DNA of 64,000 bases from an uncultured Acidimicrobiaceae bacterium (GCA_964460075.1 CAYWPC010000008.1:19872-83871); one strand, 5' to 3'; positions 9,929-20,204 are shown, counted from the first letter of the stretch. A program made the numbers and translations. The notes: a model not told the origin generated them from the letters alone.

Positions 9929-11254
9929 TCACTCCTCGACCGGGTCCGTGGATCCCATCAGTGCACCAATCGCTTCGGCGAACCGGTCACCCATCTTCTC
10001 GTTGTAGCCAACGAGCCTGACACCACGCAACGTCGTCTCATCATCGATGAGGTATTCCGCTACGACCTCGGTAAGGATCAACGTGGCAGCATCGGGGGGG
10101 TATCCGTAAACACCTGCCGAGATTGCGGGTAAAGCCAGCGTGGTGGATCCGATCTCGGTCGCCATGTCGAGGGCGGCCAACGCTGCCGCTGCAAGCAGGT
10201 CTTCGTTGTCCTGGCCCTCGCGATACACCGGCCCTGCCACGTGGATGACGTACGACGACGGCATACGACCCGCCGACGTCAGTGCTGCGACGCCAGGCTG
10301 GATAGGGCCGTGCGCATCGATCCACGATCTCGACTCCTCATCGAGCGTCGGCCCGGCTGCCTTCGCAATCGCAAGTGCAACGCCACCTCCGTGCTCGAGA
10401 TCGACGTTCGCAGCGTTCGTGATGGCATCGACCGCCATCTGCGTGATGTCGCCGACGACGGCCGTAATCGTCGTCTCCCCGACCCGCATTGCAGCGCTCG
10501 CCTCGGCAGGGACATCAATCGTCTCCCAGTCCCTCCCGTCTCGTCTCTGTTCGAGCACGTCTGTGGTGAACCACCGAACCAACCCCGAAGCCTTGAGGTC
10601 GACACCGCAGTCGTGCGCCATGTCGATGACTCGCCGTGCTACGGCTGGTGCTGGATCGATGATCGTCACACCCTCAGGCAGCCGTTCAGCGATCTGGTCC
10701 TCGATGAGCGGGTAATGCGTACAGCCAAGAACGACGACATCTGCTCCCGCATCTGAAATCGCAGGCATGAACCGGTCAAGTAGCACCCCGACATCTGCAC
10801 CGTCCTCAACCGCGGCTGCAAGTCCGGCGCAGGCCTGCTGAACGACCTCAATCCCTTCGGCATGTGCGCCCACGAGCGATCGAAATAGCTCGCCTTGAAA
10901 TGTTGCTTCCGTCGCCAATACCGCAACGACACCGCGTTTCGTGGCCACAGCAGCGGGTTTGACCGCCGGTTCCATACCAACGAATGTGACCTCGGGAAGG
11001 ACACGTCTGAGGTGGCGAAGTGCCGCCGCGGATGCCGAGTTACAAGCAATCACGATGATCTCGACACCGAATGAAACGAGATATCTCGCCAACAACTCGG
11101 TTCGGTCACGAACCTCGTCGAGTGTTCGCTCTCCGTACGGCCCGAACGCGTGATCGGCCACATATACGAGGTCGGCCCACGGAGCTTGCTCCCGAATCGC
11201 CGTGAGAACTGTCGTACCGCCGATCCCGGAATCGAAAACTGCTATCGCCGCCAT
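9929..11254 (-). CDS. murI: Glutamate racemase fused to a C-terminal macrodomain
   Basis: FDSGIGG, PYG, IACNSAS, LGCTHYP (MurI), then GDIT, NAAN, GGGVA, VIHVAGP, PAISAGVYGYP (MacroD-type) in one ORF. Confidence 0.92.
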   Translation of the reverse strand: MAAIAVFDSGIGGTTVLTAIREQAPWADLVYVADHAFGPYGERTLDEVRDRTELLARYLVSFGVEIIVIACNSASAAALRHLRRVLPEVTFVGMEPAVKPAAVATKRGVVAVLATEATFQGELFRSLVGAHAEGIEVVQQACAGLAAAVEDGADVGVLLDRFMPAISDAGADVVVLGCTHYPLIEDQIAERLPEGVTIIDPAPAVARRVIDMAHDCGVDLKASGLVRWFTTDVLEQRRDGRDWETIDVPAEASAAMRVGETTITAVVGDITQMAVDAITNAANVDLEHGGGVALAIAKAAGPTLDEESRSWIDAHGPIQPGVAALTSAGRMPSSYVIHVAGPVYREGQDNEDLLAAAALAALDMATEIGSTTLALPAISAGVYGYPPDAATLILTEVVAEYLIDDETTLRGVRLVGYNEKMGDRFAEAIGALMGSTDPVEE

Positions 11255-11379
11255 CGCATCTCCACCAGTCTGAGATCGACACGCTTATCGAAACGGTGCG
11301 CATCTCGCACGCCACAGATCGCATCATTGACCAGCTGGATGGTACGAGGGTGCCGACCAGCACCATGCGCGCCCACCTG

Positions 11380-11643
11380 TTACTCCGTTGTCATGCCGAA
11401 CAACGACCTCAGCACCTGTGCAACAGCCCAGCCAGCCAATGCCGCAACCGCGTAGTTGGCAACGACGAGCAGAGCGGAGCCGAGAGCATTGGCCGGTGTC
11501 GACTCGACATCGCCGACAGCCCGCAGCAACAACCACCAGCCCCCGATCGCTACCGCACCACCGACCACAGTGACAGCGGCTCGGTGTGTCGCGGCGTGGA
11601 TGAAGCCGAAGATTGCGCCGACGATCAGGACCGTTGGGATCAC
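11380..11643 (-). CDS. Small hypothetical membrane protein
   Basis: Three hydrophobic segments; GTG start at 11643 avoids overlap with the nitroreductase. Confidence 0.55.
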   Translation of the reverse strand: MIPTVLIVGAIFGFIHAATHRAAVTVVGGAVAIGGWWLLLRAVGDVESTPANALGSALLVVANYAVAALAGWAVAQVLRSLFGMTTE

Positions 11644-11677
11644 TATCGCACCAGGTGTGCTCGACACGGCATCAGGG

Positions 11678-12178
11678 TCAGCCCCCGTATGTGTTGTGAT
11701 GAACCAGATCCTCGATGGACTTGCGTCCTCCAAAGCGTGCAGGCCCCGATGCCGGTGCGCGGTACCCGATGGCTATCGCGTATCTGCATCGTCGATCCTC
11801 AGGCAGACCGAGGATCTCTGCAGCGAGCTGCTCGCGATGGAGCGTGATCGGACAGGTGGCCAGGTTGACAGCGTCAGCGGCCAGCATGATGTTCTGAGCA
11901 AGTCTTCCCGTGTCGAACTCGTAGCCATCCGGTTCTTGCACGAGGCAGATCGCTGCCGGCGCGTTCTGGATCGGTGTCGTGAAGTTGCCAGACTCGCACA
12001 GTCGGCTCTTCTGGTCGGGATCGTCAACGACGATGAATGACCAGTTCTGGAGGTTCTTCGATGAGCCCGTCCACCGCGCAGCGTTGAGCACCGCATCGAG
12101 GTCCACGCTCGCTATCGGTCGGTCCTCGAATTCCCTGATCGCTCGCAGAGCCACAATGCCGTCATATCGCTCGTTCAT
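11678..12178 (-). CDS. Nitroreductase family protein
   Basis: RAIREF, SSKNLQNWSFIVV, FDTGRLAQNIMLAA, IAIGY. Confidence 0.88.
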   Translation of the reverse strand: MNERYDGIVALRAIREFEDRPIASVDLDAVLNAARWTGSSKNLQNWSFIVVDDPDQKSRLCESGNFTTPIQNAPAAICLVQEPDGYEFDTGRLAQNIMLAADAVNLATCPITLHREQLAAEILGLPEDRRCRYAIAIGYRAPASGPARFGGRKSIEDLVHHNTYGG

Positions 12179-12280
12179 GCCTCGAACTTTAGACAGCTGA
12201 TCCACGTGGGTCGACAGGCCGGCCTCCACTGGCCGAGGTCGCAGCGCGCGTCCCTGTGAGCCTCAGCAGCGGAATCGCCC

Positions 12281-14083
12281 TTAGAACGCCTCGTCTGGGA
12301 GATCCATCAACCATCCGCTCTCTGCCTGTGCCGCAGCAGTTCGGACTGCGACCTTGGGGAGAGCGTCCGCTGCGAAGAACCGAGCCGATGCGATCTTGCC
12401 GCTGTAGAAGGCAGCATCATCACCGGTTGCTCCCGAGAGTGCGCTCGATGCTACCTCTGCGTGTTCGAGCAGTAGCCAGGAGATCACGACCTCCGAAAGG
12501 CTCTCCAACAGGGCATTGGTGTTGAGGCCGGTCTTGTAGATCTCAGATGGATTCTCCATCGACGCCATCGAGTAGCCGACGAGTGCACCGACATGATTCT
12601 GCACTTGTTCAAGCGCAGCACCGAGGGCGACACGCTCTGTGGCAAACGCATCGGATCCACCCTTGACATACTCGAGGATGCCTTCGGCAAACCGCATCAG
12701 GGTCTGCCCCTGATCTCTCGCGATCTTGCGGAAGAACAGGTCGAGTGCCTGGATCGCCGTCGTGCCCTCGTACAGGGTGTCGATCTTGGCGTCACGGATG
12801 TACTGCTCGATCGGGTAGTCCTGGGTGAACCCTGATCCACCGAACACCTGAAGTGACGTTGCGAGAAGTTCGTAGGCCTTCTCCGATGAGTATCCCTTGA
12901 CCATCGGAAGCAGCAGATCGTTCAACTTGGGCCAATAGGTGTCGTCTGGATCGAGCTTCATCTTGTCGAGGGTCATCGCCGTGTACATCCACAGCGCACG
13001 CAGCCCCTCGGCGTAGGCCTTCTGAAGGATCAGCATGCGGCGAACGTCCGGGTGCTGGATGATCGCCACCTTCGGCGCCGTCTTGTCCATCATCTGGGTC
13101 ATGTCGGCCGACTGGACGCGAACCTTTGCATACTCGAGCGCGTTCAGATAACCGGTCGACAGCGTTGACGCTGATTTGACACCGATCATCATGCGAGCGT
13201 CCTCGATGACGAGGAACATCTGCCTGATGCCCTCGTGGGCATCGCCTACCAGATATCCGACGCATGGTGCGTCCATGCCCATCGTCAATTCGCACGTCGT
13301 TGAGCCGCGAATGCCCATCTTGTGCTCGATGTTGGTCGCGTAGATACCGTTGCGTTCCCCAAGCGAACCGTCCTCATTGACCAGGTACTTGGGCACGATG
13401 AACATCGAGAGCCCCTTGGTCCCCGGTTCACCGCCTTCACGCCTGGCAAGGACAAGGTGAACGATGTTCTCGAAGTAGTCGTTCTCGCCTGAGGTGATGA
13501 ATCGTTTCACCCCTTCGAGGTGGTAGGTGCCGCCCTCGACGTGTATCGCCTTCGATGTCCCAGCGCCGACGTCTGAGCCTGCGTCGGGTTCGGTGAGCAC
13601 CATCGTGGCTCCCCATTGCTTTTCGATCAGCCAACGAGCCCAGGTGTTTCGCTGTTGCTCTGTTCCGACCGAAGCGATGACCCTCGCCATCAGCCCCCCG
13701 GATGCGTACAGGAATACTGCGGGGTTCGCTCCGGTGAACATCTCTCCTGCTGCCCAGCGCAGTGAATCGGGAGCTCCGAAGCCCCCGAGCTCTGGCGGAA
13801 TGCCAAGCAGGTGCCATCCGCCGTCGTAGAGAGCGTCGAGGCTCTTCTTCGTGCTCGCAGGAAGCCTGATCTCACCGTCGACGATTTCGAGAGTCTCTCG
13901 ATCGGCTTCTGCGAAACTTGTGGCGAAGTCTTCGCGAGCAAGCCGTCCCACCTCGCGGAGCGTGTCGCCGGCGGTGTCCTCGTCGAACGAGTCGAAGGGT
14001 GCAACGCCATACCAGTCGCCGACCTTCAAGTACTCGAACAGGTTGAACTCGATGTCTCTGAGATTTGTTTTGTAGTGACTCAT
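12281..14083 (-). CDS. Acyl-CoA dehydrogenase (FadE5-like)
   Basis: MSHYKTNLRDIEFNLFE start, TMVLTEPDAGSDVG, GVKRFIT, EHKMG, QYIRDAKIDTLYEGTT. Confidence 0.93.
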   Translation of the reverse strand: MSHYKTNLRDIEFNLFEYLKVGDWYGVAPFDSFDEDTAGDTLREVGRLAREDFATSFAEADRETLEIVDGEIRLPASTKKSLDALYDGGWHLLGIPPELGGFGAPDSLRWAAGEMFTGANPAVFLYASGGLMARVIASVGTEQQRNTWARWLIEKQWGATMVLTEPDAGSDVGAGTSKAIHVEGGTYHLEGVKRFITSGENDYFENIVHLVLARREGGEPGTKGLSMFIVPKYLVNEDGSLGERNGIYATNIEHKMGIRGSTTCELTMGMDAPCVGYLVGDAHEGIRQMFLVIEDARMMIGVKSASTLSTGYLNALEYAKVRVQSADMTQMMDKTAPKVAIIQHPDVRRMLILQKAYAEGLRALWMYTAMTLDKMKLDPDDTYWPKLNDLLLPMVKGYSSEKAYELLATSLQVFGGSGFTQDYPIEQYIRDAKIDTLYEGTTAIQALDLFFRKIARDQGQTLMRFAEGILEYVKGGSDAFATERVALGAALEQVQNHVGALVGYSMASMENPSEIYKTGLNTNALLESLSEVVISWLLLEHAEVASSALSGATGDDAAFYSGKIASARFFAADALPKVAVRTAAAQAESGWLMDLPDEAF

Positions 14084-14153
14084 TGTGTACCTCACATCCA
14101 CCAACCGAAGTGCGACCGACCATGTCGGCGGTCTGTCGGCAATCTGACCTAAT

Positions 14154-14205
14154 TTGAGTATACACTCCAAGTTTGAGCGGACGCTCATAATTGAGTTCGT
14201 ACTCG
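14154..14205. promoter_or_regulatory. Three tandem palindromic operators (TTGAG-N6-CTC), putative TetR binding sites
   Basis: TGAGTATACACTCC (14155), TGAGCGGACGCTCA (14174) and TGAGTTCGTACTCG (14192) between divergent fadE and tetR; the third overlaps a TTGAGT-N18-TACGAT promoter-like element. Confidence 0.75.
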
Positions 14206-14242
14206 GGACCCGCGTACGATGTTGACGACGCGAAGGATTGAC

Positions 14243-14797
14243 GTGGCCCGGTACCAGGTGGGACTCCAGACAGAGGCGAGAATCATCGACGCGACACGGT
14301 CGCTGCTCGCCGAGGGCGGCCTCGAAGCGGCGACGCTCAAATCGATCTGTGAACGCGCAGAAGTCCGCTCAGGGAGTTTTTACAACCTCTTCGATTCGAA
14401 AGAGGAGGCCGTCATCCGGGTCGTTCGCGAATCGATCGATGCCGTCGACCCCGATCCGGAGGGCATCGGGACCGACACTGTCGAAGATCTGGTGAGCGCC
14501 TACGTTCGATTCTTCACGGAGGATCCGCAGCTCGCTCGCGTGTACGTTATGGCCGCGCTCACAGGGGAATCCGGGGGCAACGGCGCACGGCGGAGGTTCC
14601 TGCGACACCACCTCCGCCGGGTCGAGCGGTTCGCCGACGCCATAGCCCGTGGCAACACGGCGCTCGACGCGAAACAAGCTGACGTCGAGGCAGAGTTGCT
14701 GCTCGGTGCGCTCGCAGGGCTTGCGTTCCGGTGGTCACTCGACCGCGACTTCGACATTGCCTACCACGCTAGGCTGGCAGCCGAGCGGTTTGACTGA
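14243..14797 (+). CDS. TetR/AcrR family transcriptional regulator
   Basis: HTH RIIDATRSLLAEGG...TLKSICERAEVRSGSFYNLFDSKEE; GAAGGA RBS before the GTG. Confidence 0.9.
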   Translation: MARYQVGLQTEARIIDATRSLLAEGGLEAATLKSICERAEVRSGSFYNLFDSKEEAVIRVVRESIDAVDPDPEGIGTDTVEDLVSAYVRFFTEDPQLARVYVMAALTGESGGNGARRRFLRHHLRRVERFADAIARGNTALDAKQADVEAELLLGALAGLAFRWSLDRDFDIAYHARLAAERFD

Positions 14798-14824
14798 GCA
14801 TTCCCAGCCGTCTGCGGCACGGGC

Positions 14825-15520
14825 CTAGTACGGCAGGCCTACGGCCGAGCACAGGAAGGCGTTCAGTGCCGAGCCAGCCTTGAAGACCTTGCCAAGCACA
14901 ACATCGAAGTCCTCGGACGTGACCGCCTTCTGCGTGAACCTGTGCCCTGCAATGAAACTCTTCATCCGAAGATCGTCTGCGTGGGGAAAGGCGGCGTCGA
15001 ACTCCTTCGGCACGCGCTTGAGCATCTCGTCCTCGCCAGGCTCCAGATCCCACACATTCGTGAACGCCTTGTATTTCGTCGCCTTCTTCCACCCAGCCGG
15101 ATCGTTGTAGATCGCCTCACGAATCTTCCGCGTCACCTTGGTCTCGGGATGCCACATACCGACACCGGCAAAGCACCCGCCTGGCTCGATGTGCACATAG
15201 AACCCAGGAGCATGGGCGTCCTTGCCCATCTCATGACGGAACTGAATACCGACGTTCGTCTTGTACGGAGTCTTGTCCTTGCTGTACCGAGCATCGCGAT
15301 AGGGTCGCATCAGGGAGCCGCCATTCGTCCGAGTGTCGGCGAGGAAACGATCAGACATGGCGTGCAGCCGGGGCTCGAAGTCCGCAATGAACTCCTTTGC
15401 GGGAACGCGGATGAGCCGAATGTATCGATCCTTGTTCTCCTCCCACCACATCTTGTTGTTGTTCGCCTCGAGCTCCTTGAGAAACTTGAACACCCCTGGC
15501 GTGAAATATGACTGACGCAT
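14825..15520 (-). CDS. DUF2461 (TIGR02453) family protein
   Basis: FLKELEANNNKMWW, RPYRDARYSKDKTPYK, PGFYVHIEP. Confidence 0.88.
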   Translation of the reverse strand: MRQSYFTPGVFKFLKELEANNNKMWWEENKDRYIRLIRVPAKEFIADFEPRLHAMSDRFLADTRTNGGSLMRPYRDARYSKDKTPYKTNVGIQFRHEMGKDAHAPGFYVHIEPGGCFAGVGMWHPETKVTRKIREAIYNDPAGWKKATKYKAFTNVWDLEPGEDEMLKRVPKEFDAAFPHADDLRMKSFIAGHRFTQKAVTSEDFDVVLGKVFKAGSALNAFLCSAVGLPY

Positions 15521-15609
15521 GTGACCTTCCTTGCTAGGGACAACCTACGCCACTGCAACGACATATTCCACGGCCTTGCCTCCTAGCCTTGGGGAGGGAA
15601 CGGAGGTAC

Positions 15610-16530
15610 ATGAAATACGCATTGCAGGTCGCAGGACCCTATGACCGTCTGCTTGAGGCGGCCGCCTTCGCGACGGAACACGGACTCGTCGCTCTTGCCC
15701 TGCCTGACCACTATCTCCTCGCGCTCAGCGAGGACGCGGCCAGGACGACCCCGGCGTTGGACGCGTTCGTTCAGCTTGGAGGACTCGCTAGAGACACCGA
15801 AGACATCGACCTGGTGATGCTCGTGTCTCCGATCACCTTCAGACACCCCGGTGTCCTTGCCAAGATGGCGGTAACGCTCGACCACATGTCGGAGGGTCGG
15901 TTCACCCTCGGTGTCGGAACCGGATGGATGGATCGCGAGCATGAAGTGTTCGGGTTCGCGTACCCTGCTGTTGCCGAGCGCTTCGCACTGCTTGAGGAGG
16001 CTCTCGGATATCTCTCTGCTGCACTCGACCCGAGTTACCCCGGCTTCACCGGAGCCCATTTTCAGTTGGAGGCGTTTCCTCTCTCCCCAGATCCCCTCGG
16101 AAAGGTCCCCCTCCTCGTTGGCGGCAAGGGGCAGCACAAGACGCCACGACTCGCGGGCACCTACGCGGACGAATTCAACGTGTACCCAGGACCGAACATG
16201 GCTGCGCGTGTCGAGCGGTTCCGACATGCCGCAGTCGAAGCTGATCGCGACCCCGAGACAATCCGCCTGTCGTCGAGCGGTCAGGTCGTCGCAGCAACAA
16301 CCGCAGCTGAACTTGACGATCTCTTGAACGAGAACGCCGCCACTGCCGGCATCACCCGCGATGAACTCGAGGCTTTCTACGAACAGCGGCACACGCCGAG
16401 GGGCACATACGAACAAGTCAGAGAACAACTTGACGAATTCAGCCGACTCGGCATCTCCCGCTTCTACCTACAGGGCACATTCAGTGCCACCACCACAGGA
16501 CGTCTGCTCGAAGGACTCGGGGTCTCCTGA
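15610..16530 (+). CDS. LLM-class flavin/F420-dependent oxidoreductase
   Basis: PDHY, SPITFRHPGVLAKMAVTLDHMSEGRFTLGVGTGW; GGAGG RBS. Confidence 0.88.
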   Translation: MKYALQVAGPYDRLLEAAAFATEHGLVALALPDHYLLALSEDAARTTPALDAFVQLGGLARDTEDIDLVMLVSPITFRHPGVLAKMAVTLDHMSEGRFTLGVGTGWMDREHEVFGFAYPAVAERFALLEEALGYLSAALDPSYPGFTGAHFQLEAFPLSPDPLGKVPLLVGGKGQHKTPRLAGTYADEFNVYPGPNMAARVERFRHAAVEADRDPETIRLSSSGQVVAATTAAELDDLLNENAATAGITRDELEAFYEQRHTPRGTYEQVREQLDEFSRLGISRFYLQGTFSATTTGRLLEGLGVS

Positions 16531-16532
16531 TC

Positions 16533-17408
16533 ATGGCACGAACTACGATCGATGCCGGCGGAAAGGTCAGCGTTCTCGACTACGGCGGCTCAGGTCCATT
16601 GATCGTGTGCGTTCACGGCCTTGAGGGCTCGGCGTACAACTGGGACTTGGTCGCTCCCGAACTTGCCAAGACGCACCGAATCGTGGCTCCAGATCTTTCG
16701 GGATTCGGATACACCGAGCCTCTCGACGGCGGTTCGAGCGTCGGACGCAACACGAGACTGATCGCCGACGTCATCGACTCCTACGGCGGTAGAGCCATGC
16801 TTATCGGTAACTCAATGGGCGGCCTCATCTCCATCCTGGCAGCGGACAAGTACCCAGATAAAGTGTCGGCTCTCGTGCTGATCGATCCCGCGGCTCCCAT
16901 CTTTTCGTGGCTCGGGGTGCGGCCTGGCACCGCGGCGCGGCTCTCCGTTCCACTGATCCCAATCGTAGGGAAATGGCTCATCGACGGATACCGGTCTTCT
17001 GTCACCCCGCAGCAAGGTGTGCGTGAAGCACTCGAGTTCGTCGCTGCCGACGCCGATCGTCTCGATTGCTCCGTGTGGCAGAGTGCACTCGAGATCGCCG
17101 AGCTTCGACGCAGCCAGCCGTGGTCAACAGGCGCGTTGATCGAGGCAACCAACTCGATTGCTCCATATGTCGTGCGGAGGAGCCGGTTTGCGGAGTTGAT
17201 CCACCGCATCTCACAGCCGACGCTCCTCGTCCACGGCACGGATGACCCGTTGATCCAAGTTCGCTCCGCGAGCTGGATATCGAGGCAGAGACCCGATTGG
17301 ACCGTCGCGTTCTTCAAAGGCCTTGGGCACATACCCATGCTGGAAGACCCTGACCGGTTCCTCGCCGTGTTCAACTCGTGGGAGACATCCGTACTCGTAC
17401 AGCCTTGA
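16533..17408 (+). CDS. Alpha/beta hydrolase
   Basis: VHGL, PDLSGFG, GNSMGG nucleophile elbow, HGTDD, GHIP. Confidence 0.9.
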   Translation: MARTTIDAGGKVSVLDYGGSGPLIVCVHGLEGSAYNWDLVAPELAKTHRIVAPDLSGFGYTEPLDGGSSVGRNTRLIADVIDSYGGRAMLIGNSMGGLISILAADKYPDKVSALVLIDPAAPIFSWLGVRPGTAARLSVPLIPIVGKWLIDGYRSSVTPQQGVREALEFVAADADRLDCSVWQSALEIAELRRSQPWSTGALIEATNSIAPYVVRRSRFAELIHRISQPTLLVHGTDDPLIQVRSASWISRQRPDWTVAFFKGLGHIPMLEDPDRFLAVFNSWETSVLVQP

Positions 17409-17445
17409 ACCGCCACTCGTCGAGGCACCTGCCCGAGCCCAGAAA

Positions 17446-18903
17446 TCACCCCAGACGTTGCAGAAGCAGGAACGGGGGATCATCAACAGCCACCTCGAAG
17501 TCACCTGATGTCCGCAACTCGTCGATCAGAGCGTCGTAGTCGTCGTACGAGTCGGTCCGAAGGAACACCCAGCGGATCTCGGACGTGTCTGGAACATCGC
17601 TGCCGTCGAGGCCGTACTCCCCAATCGGGCCGTAGCTGAGCTCCTGCCAGGGATTCGGGAACAGATACACCAACTCACGGCTTGCCAAATGGGGAACGAG
17701 TGTCGTCCACGCAGAGACCGGTTCGCCTGGCGGAATCTCTGAGAGGATCTCCCTCGCCCTGCCCTGGTCGGCATTCGCGGCAGCCCATGCCGCCTTCGGG
17801 CCGGCCAGCCCCCAGGTAACGCTTGCACCAATGACTGCCACAGCGACCAGCGCCGACGTCAGACGCCTCCTGTCCCAACGCTGCACTCGAGCAGCACCGA
17901 AAGCCGCTGCTATGACCACCGCCGCGATGAGATATGCGGTGTAGTGGTATTCGATCTCGTACTGGTAAGCATGACTGGTGAACACGTTGGCGGCCAGAGC
18001 CGGTATCCCGATGAGGAGCCACCGCGTTGCCAGCAATGCAAGCGGCATCGCGAACACGAGCGCAGCAACATACGCGACCCGATCGGGATCCGTCACCACA
18101 TCCCACCAAGCGGACTGCTTCGTTGCCAACCCAACCAAGATGTCGAAGGGAGTCGACCCCAGTTGGGCGTATCGGTATGAATACAACAGTTCGCCTGTCG
18201 GGGACAACGCTGGGAGTATGACAAGAAAGTTGAGAACAAACGCCGCAGTTCCAACACCGGCGACCACTACTCCCGTTCGACGCTTCCCCATGATCAGTGC
18301 AATCGCGATGCCCAGCGGCACGACAAGCAGACCGACATCCTCTTTGGCTGTCAAGGCGATCGCGATGAGCGCGATCGCCCATCCATCCCGATCCTTCTGC
18401 AACAAGGCGATCGATCCGACGATGAGTGGCACGACCAGGACCTCCGGGTGGAAGGAGTCCCACACCTGCCACTGCACCGCAGGTGAGAGGAGTACCAGCA
18501 GCGCTGTCACGCCAGCGAGAGGCCGCCCGGCACCCGCCGTTCGCGCAACAGCGAACCCCAGCGGCGCCGTCAGAGCCATGGCAACCACGGTCACGGCAAT
18601 GAGCGATGCCGGTGTCGGAAACAGCCAGTAGATCGGGACCAAGAACACGAGAATGTACGACGAGTGATCTGCGAATATGCTCAGTCCTCTGATGGTCACG
18701 AACGGGTCTTTGAAGCGGCTGAGGAGCCAGGTGCCCTGAGCAAAGATGCCGAGGTCGAAGGCATGCGCGTGGAATCGCCAGAACTTGACGATCCCGAGCC
18801 CACCAAAGAGACCAATCCACCCTGTCGTCACAGCGGCGAGGAAACCTCGTTCGACAGTAAGAATCGACGGACGGAATGTGCGTTTGGTGAGCTGATCGAC
18901 CAC
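17446..18903 (-). CDS. DUF2079 family membrane protein (GT-C-like)
   Basis: FDLGIFAQ, DHSS, FHPE, KED and YHY motifs with multiple TM helices; GTG start after GAGGAAGG. Confidence 0.82.
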   Translation of the reverse strand: MVDQLTKRTFRPSILTVERGFLAAVTTGWIGLFGGLGIVKFWRFHAHAFDLGIFAQGTWLLSRFKDPFVTIRGLSIFADHSSYILVFLVPIYWLFPTPASLIAVTVVAMALTAPLGFAVARTAGAGRPLAGVTALLVLLSPAVQWQVWDSFHPEVLVVPLIVGSIALLQKDRDGWAIALIAIALTAKEDVGLLVVPLGIAIALIMGKRRTGVVVAGVGTAAFVLNFLVILPALSPTGELLYSYRYAQLGSTPFDILVGLATKQSAWWDVVTDPDRVAYVAALVFAMPLALLATRWLLIGIPALAANVFTSHAYQYEIEYHYTAYLIAAVVIAAAFGAARVQRWDRRRLTSALVAVAVIGASVTWGLAGPKAAWAAANADQGRAREILSEIPPGEPVSAWTTLVPHLASRELVYLFPNPWQELSYGPIGEYGLDGSDVPDTSEIRWVFLRTDSYDDYDALIDELRTSGDFEVAVDDPPFLLLQRLG

Positions 18904-19112
18904 ACAACCCTTCCTCATGCTCCGAGTCGCACGCCTGTGCGGCATCCAAACTGTCGCCCCACCATCAGCCGCTGTGCAATATCGACGAGTCAGCTGACAC
19001 GTGTCCTCGTGATCGTAGCCGCAGGTCATCCCTCGCCGTTGGTCGACGGACTGCATCCGCGCTTCCCACATACATCCCGAACGTTCGCTCCACGGCGCTT
19101 AGAATCTGTCTC

Positions 19113-19868
19113 ATGACGAGCGTGATCGCGGTAGCCAACCAGAAGGGCGGCGTTGCCAAGACGACCACCGTTCACACACTCGGCGAAGCGTTGGCAGATC
19201 GAGGCAAGCGCGTTCTGATGGTCGATCTCGACCCTCAGGCCTGCCTGACCTACGCAACGGGCTCAGATCCCGAGACGCTGGGTCACACCATCCACGACGT
19301 GTTCCTCGGGAGAGCCACCGTTGCCGACACCCTCATCGAGCGCGATGGGCCAGATCTCGTGCCGTCATCGATCGATCTTGCAGGTTCGGAGATCCACCTT
19401 CTGACGAAGACGGGACGCGAATTCGTCCTCAAGCAGGCACTCAGTCGGTTCAAGGACGGATACGATATCGTTCTCATCGACTGCGGACCATCTCTCGGCA
19501 TTCTCACGGTGAACGCCTTAACTGCCGCGGACTGCGCACTGATCCCGTTTCAGACAGAGACGTTGAGTGACCGCGGTGTCGGACAGCTGATCGAAACGAT
19601 CGATGACGTGCGCCACTACACCAACGAGAGCCTCAGCATCCTAGGCGGTGTGGCCACGATGTTCGACTCCAGAACAAACCTCGCGAAGCGTGTCCTGGTC
19701 GATGTGACCACATCACACGGGCTCACGATCATCGAACCGCCGATTCCGCGATCCGTGCGTGTCGCCGAGGCGCCCGGCAACGGTCTGTCCGTGCTGCGCC
19801 ATGCTGCGAGATCCCGGTCGGCCGAGGCATACCGGCAGCTTGCAGCGAACATCGAGGAATTGCTGTGA
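19113..19868 (+). CDS. ParA/Soj family ATPase
   Basis: Deviant Walker A NQKGGVAKTT, VDLDPQA, IDCGPSLG. Confidence 0.92.
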   Translation: MTSVIAVANQKGGVAKTTTVHTLGEALADRGKRVLMVDLDPQACLTYATGSDPETLGHTIHDVFLGRATVADTLIERDGPDLVPSSIDLAGSEIHLLTKTGREFVLKQALSRFKDGYDIVLIDCGPSLGILTVNALTAADCALIPFQTETLSDRGVGQLIETIDDVRHYTNESLSILGGVATMFDSRTNLAKRVLVDVTTSHGLTIIEPPIPRSVRVAEAPGNGLSVLRHAARSRSAEAYRQLAANIEELL

Positions 19869-20191
19869 ACACAAGACAAGATCCTGAAGGCAAGCGTGCA
19901 CTCTTCGAAGCGCCCCCGATAGAGATAGATGACACCCTCAGAGACGACCCACTCGCGGAACGTCACGACACGGATGGTCGTGACGCGCTGTACTCCGTTG
20001 GACATCGTGAGCGCGGAACGACAGTGATCACGTGCTCATCATGTGAAATCAAATCGAGGATCTCCGTCGTTGAGACGCTTGTGCGAATCCTGTCAATCTC
20101 ACTGTGGGACCCCACCCGCAGCCACAGCCGATGGATGCAATGTCCCGCGTGCCAGACACGCACGTGGTGCAGGGTGGAGTGGCTCAGGTGA
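19865..20191 (+). CDS. Small hypothetical Zn-ribbon protein
   Basis: CSSC and CPAC pairs; GTGA overlap with the ParA stop. Confidence 0.75.
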   Translation: MNTRQDPEGKRALFEAPPIEIDDTLRDDPLAERHDTDGRDALYSVGHRERGTTVITCSSCEIKSRISVVETLVRILSISLWDPTRSHSRWMQCPACQTRTWCRVEWLR

Positions 20192-20204
20192 TGGTGACCA
20201 GTCG

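Noticed and set aside
11106-11366. 86-aa ORF overlapping the murI start as a leader peptide
   Set aside because: It has no motif and overlaps murI out of frame, and murI has its own GGAG RBS
17675-18949. Long alternative-frame or antisense ORFs (this 424-aa one, also 8751..10007, 56332..57516, 6630..7700)
   Set aside because: They are shadow ORFs expected in high-GC DNA, overlap well-supported genes and carry no family motifs
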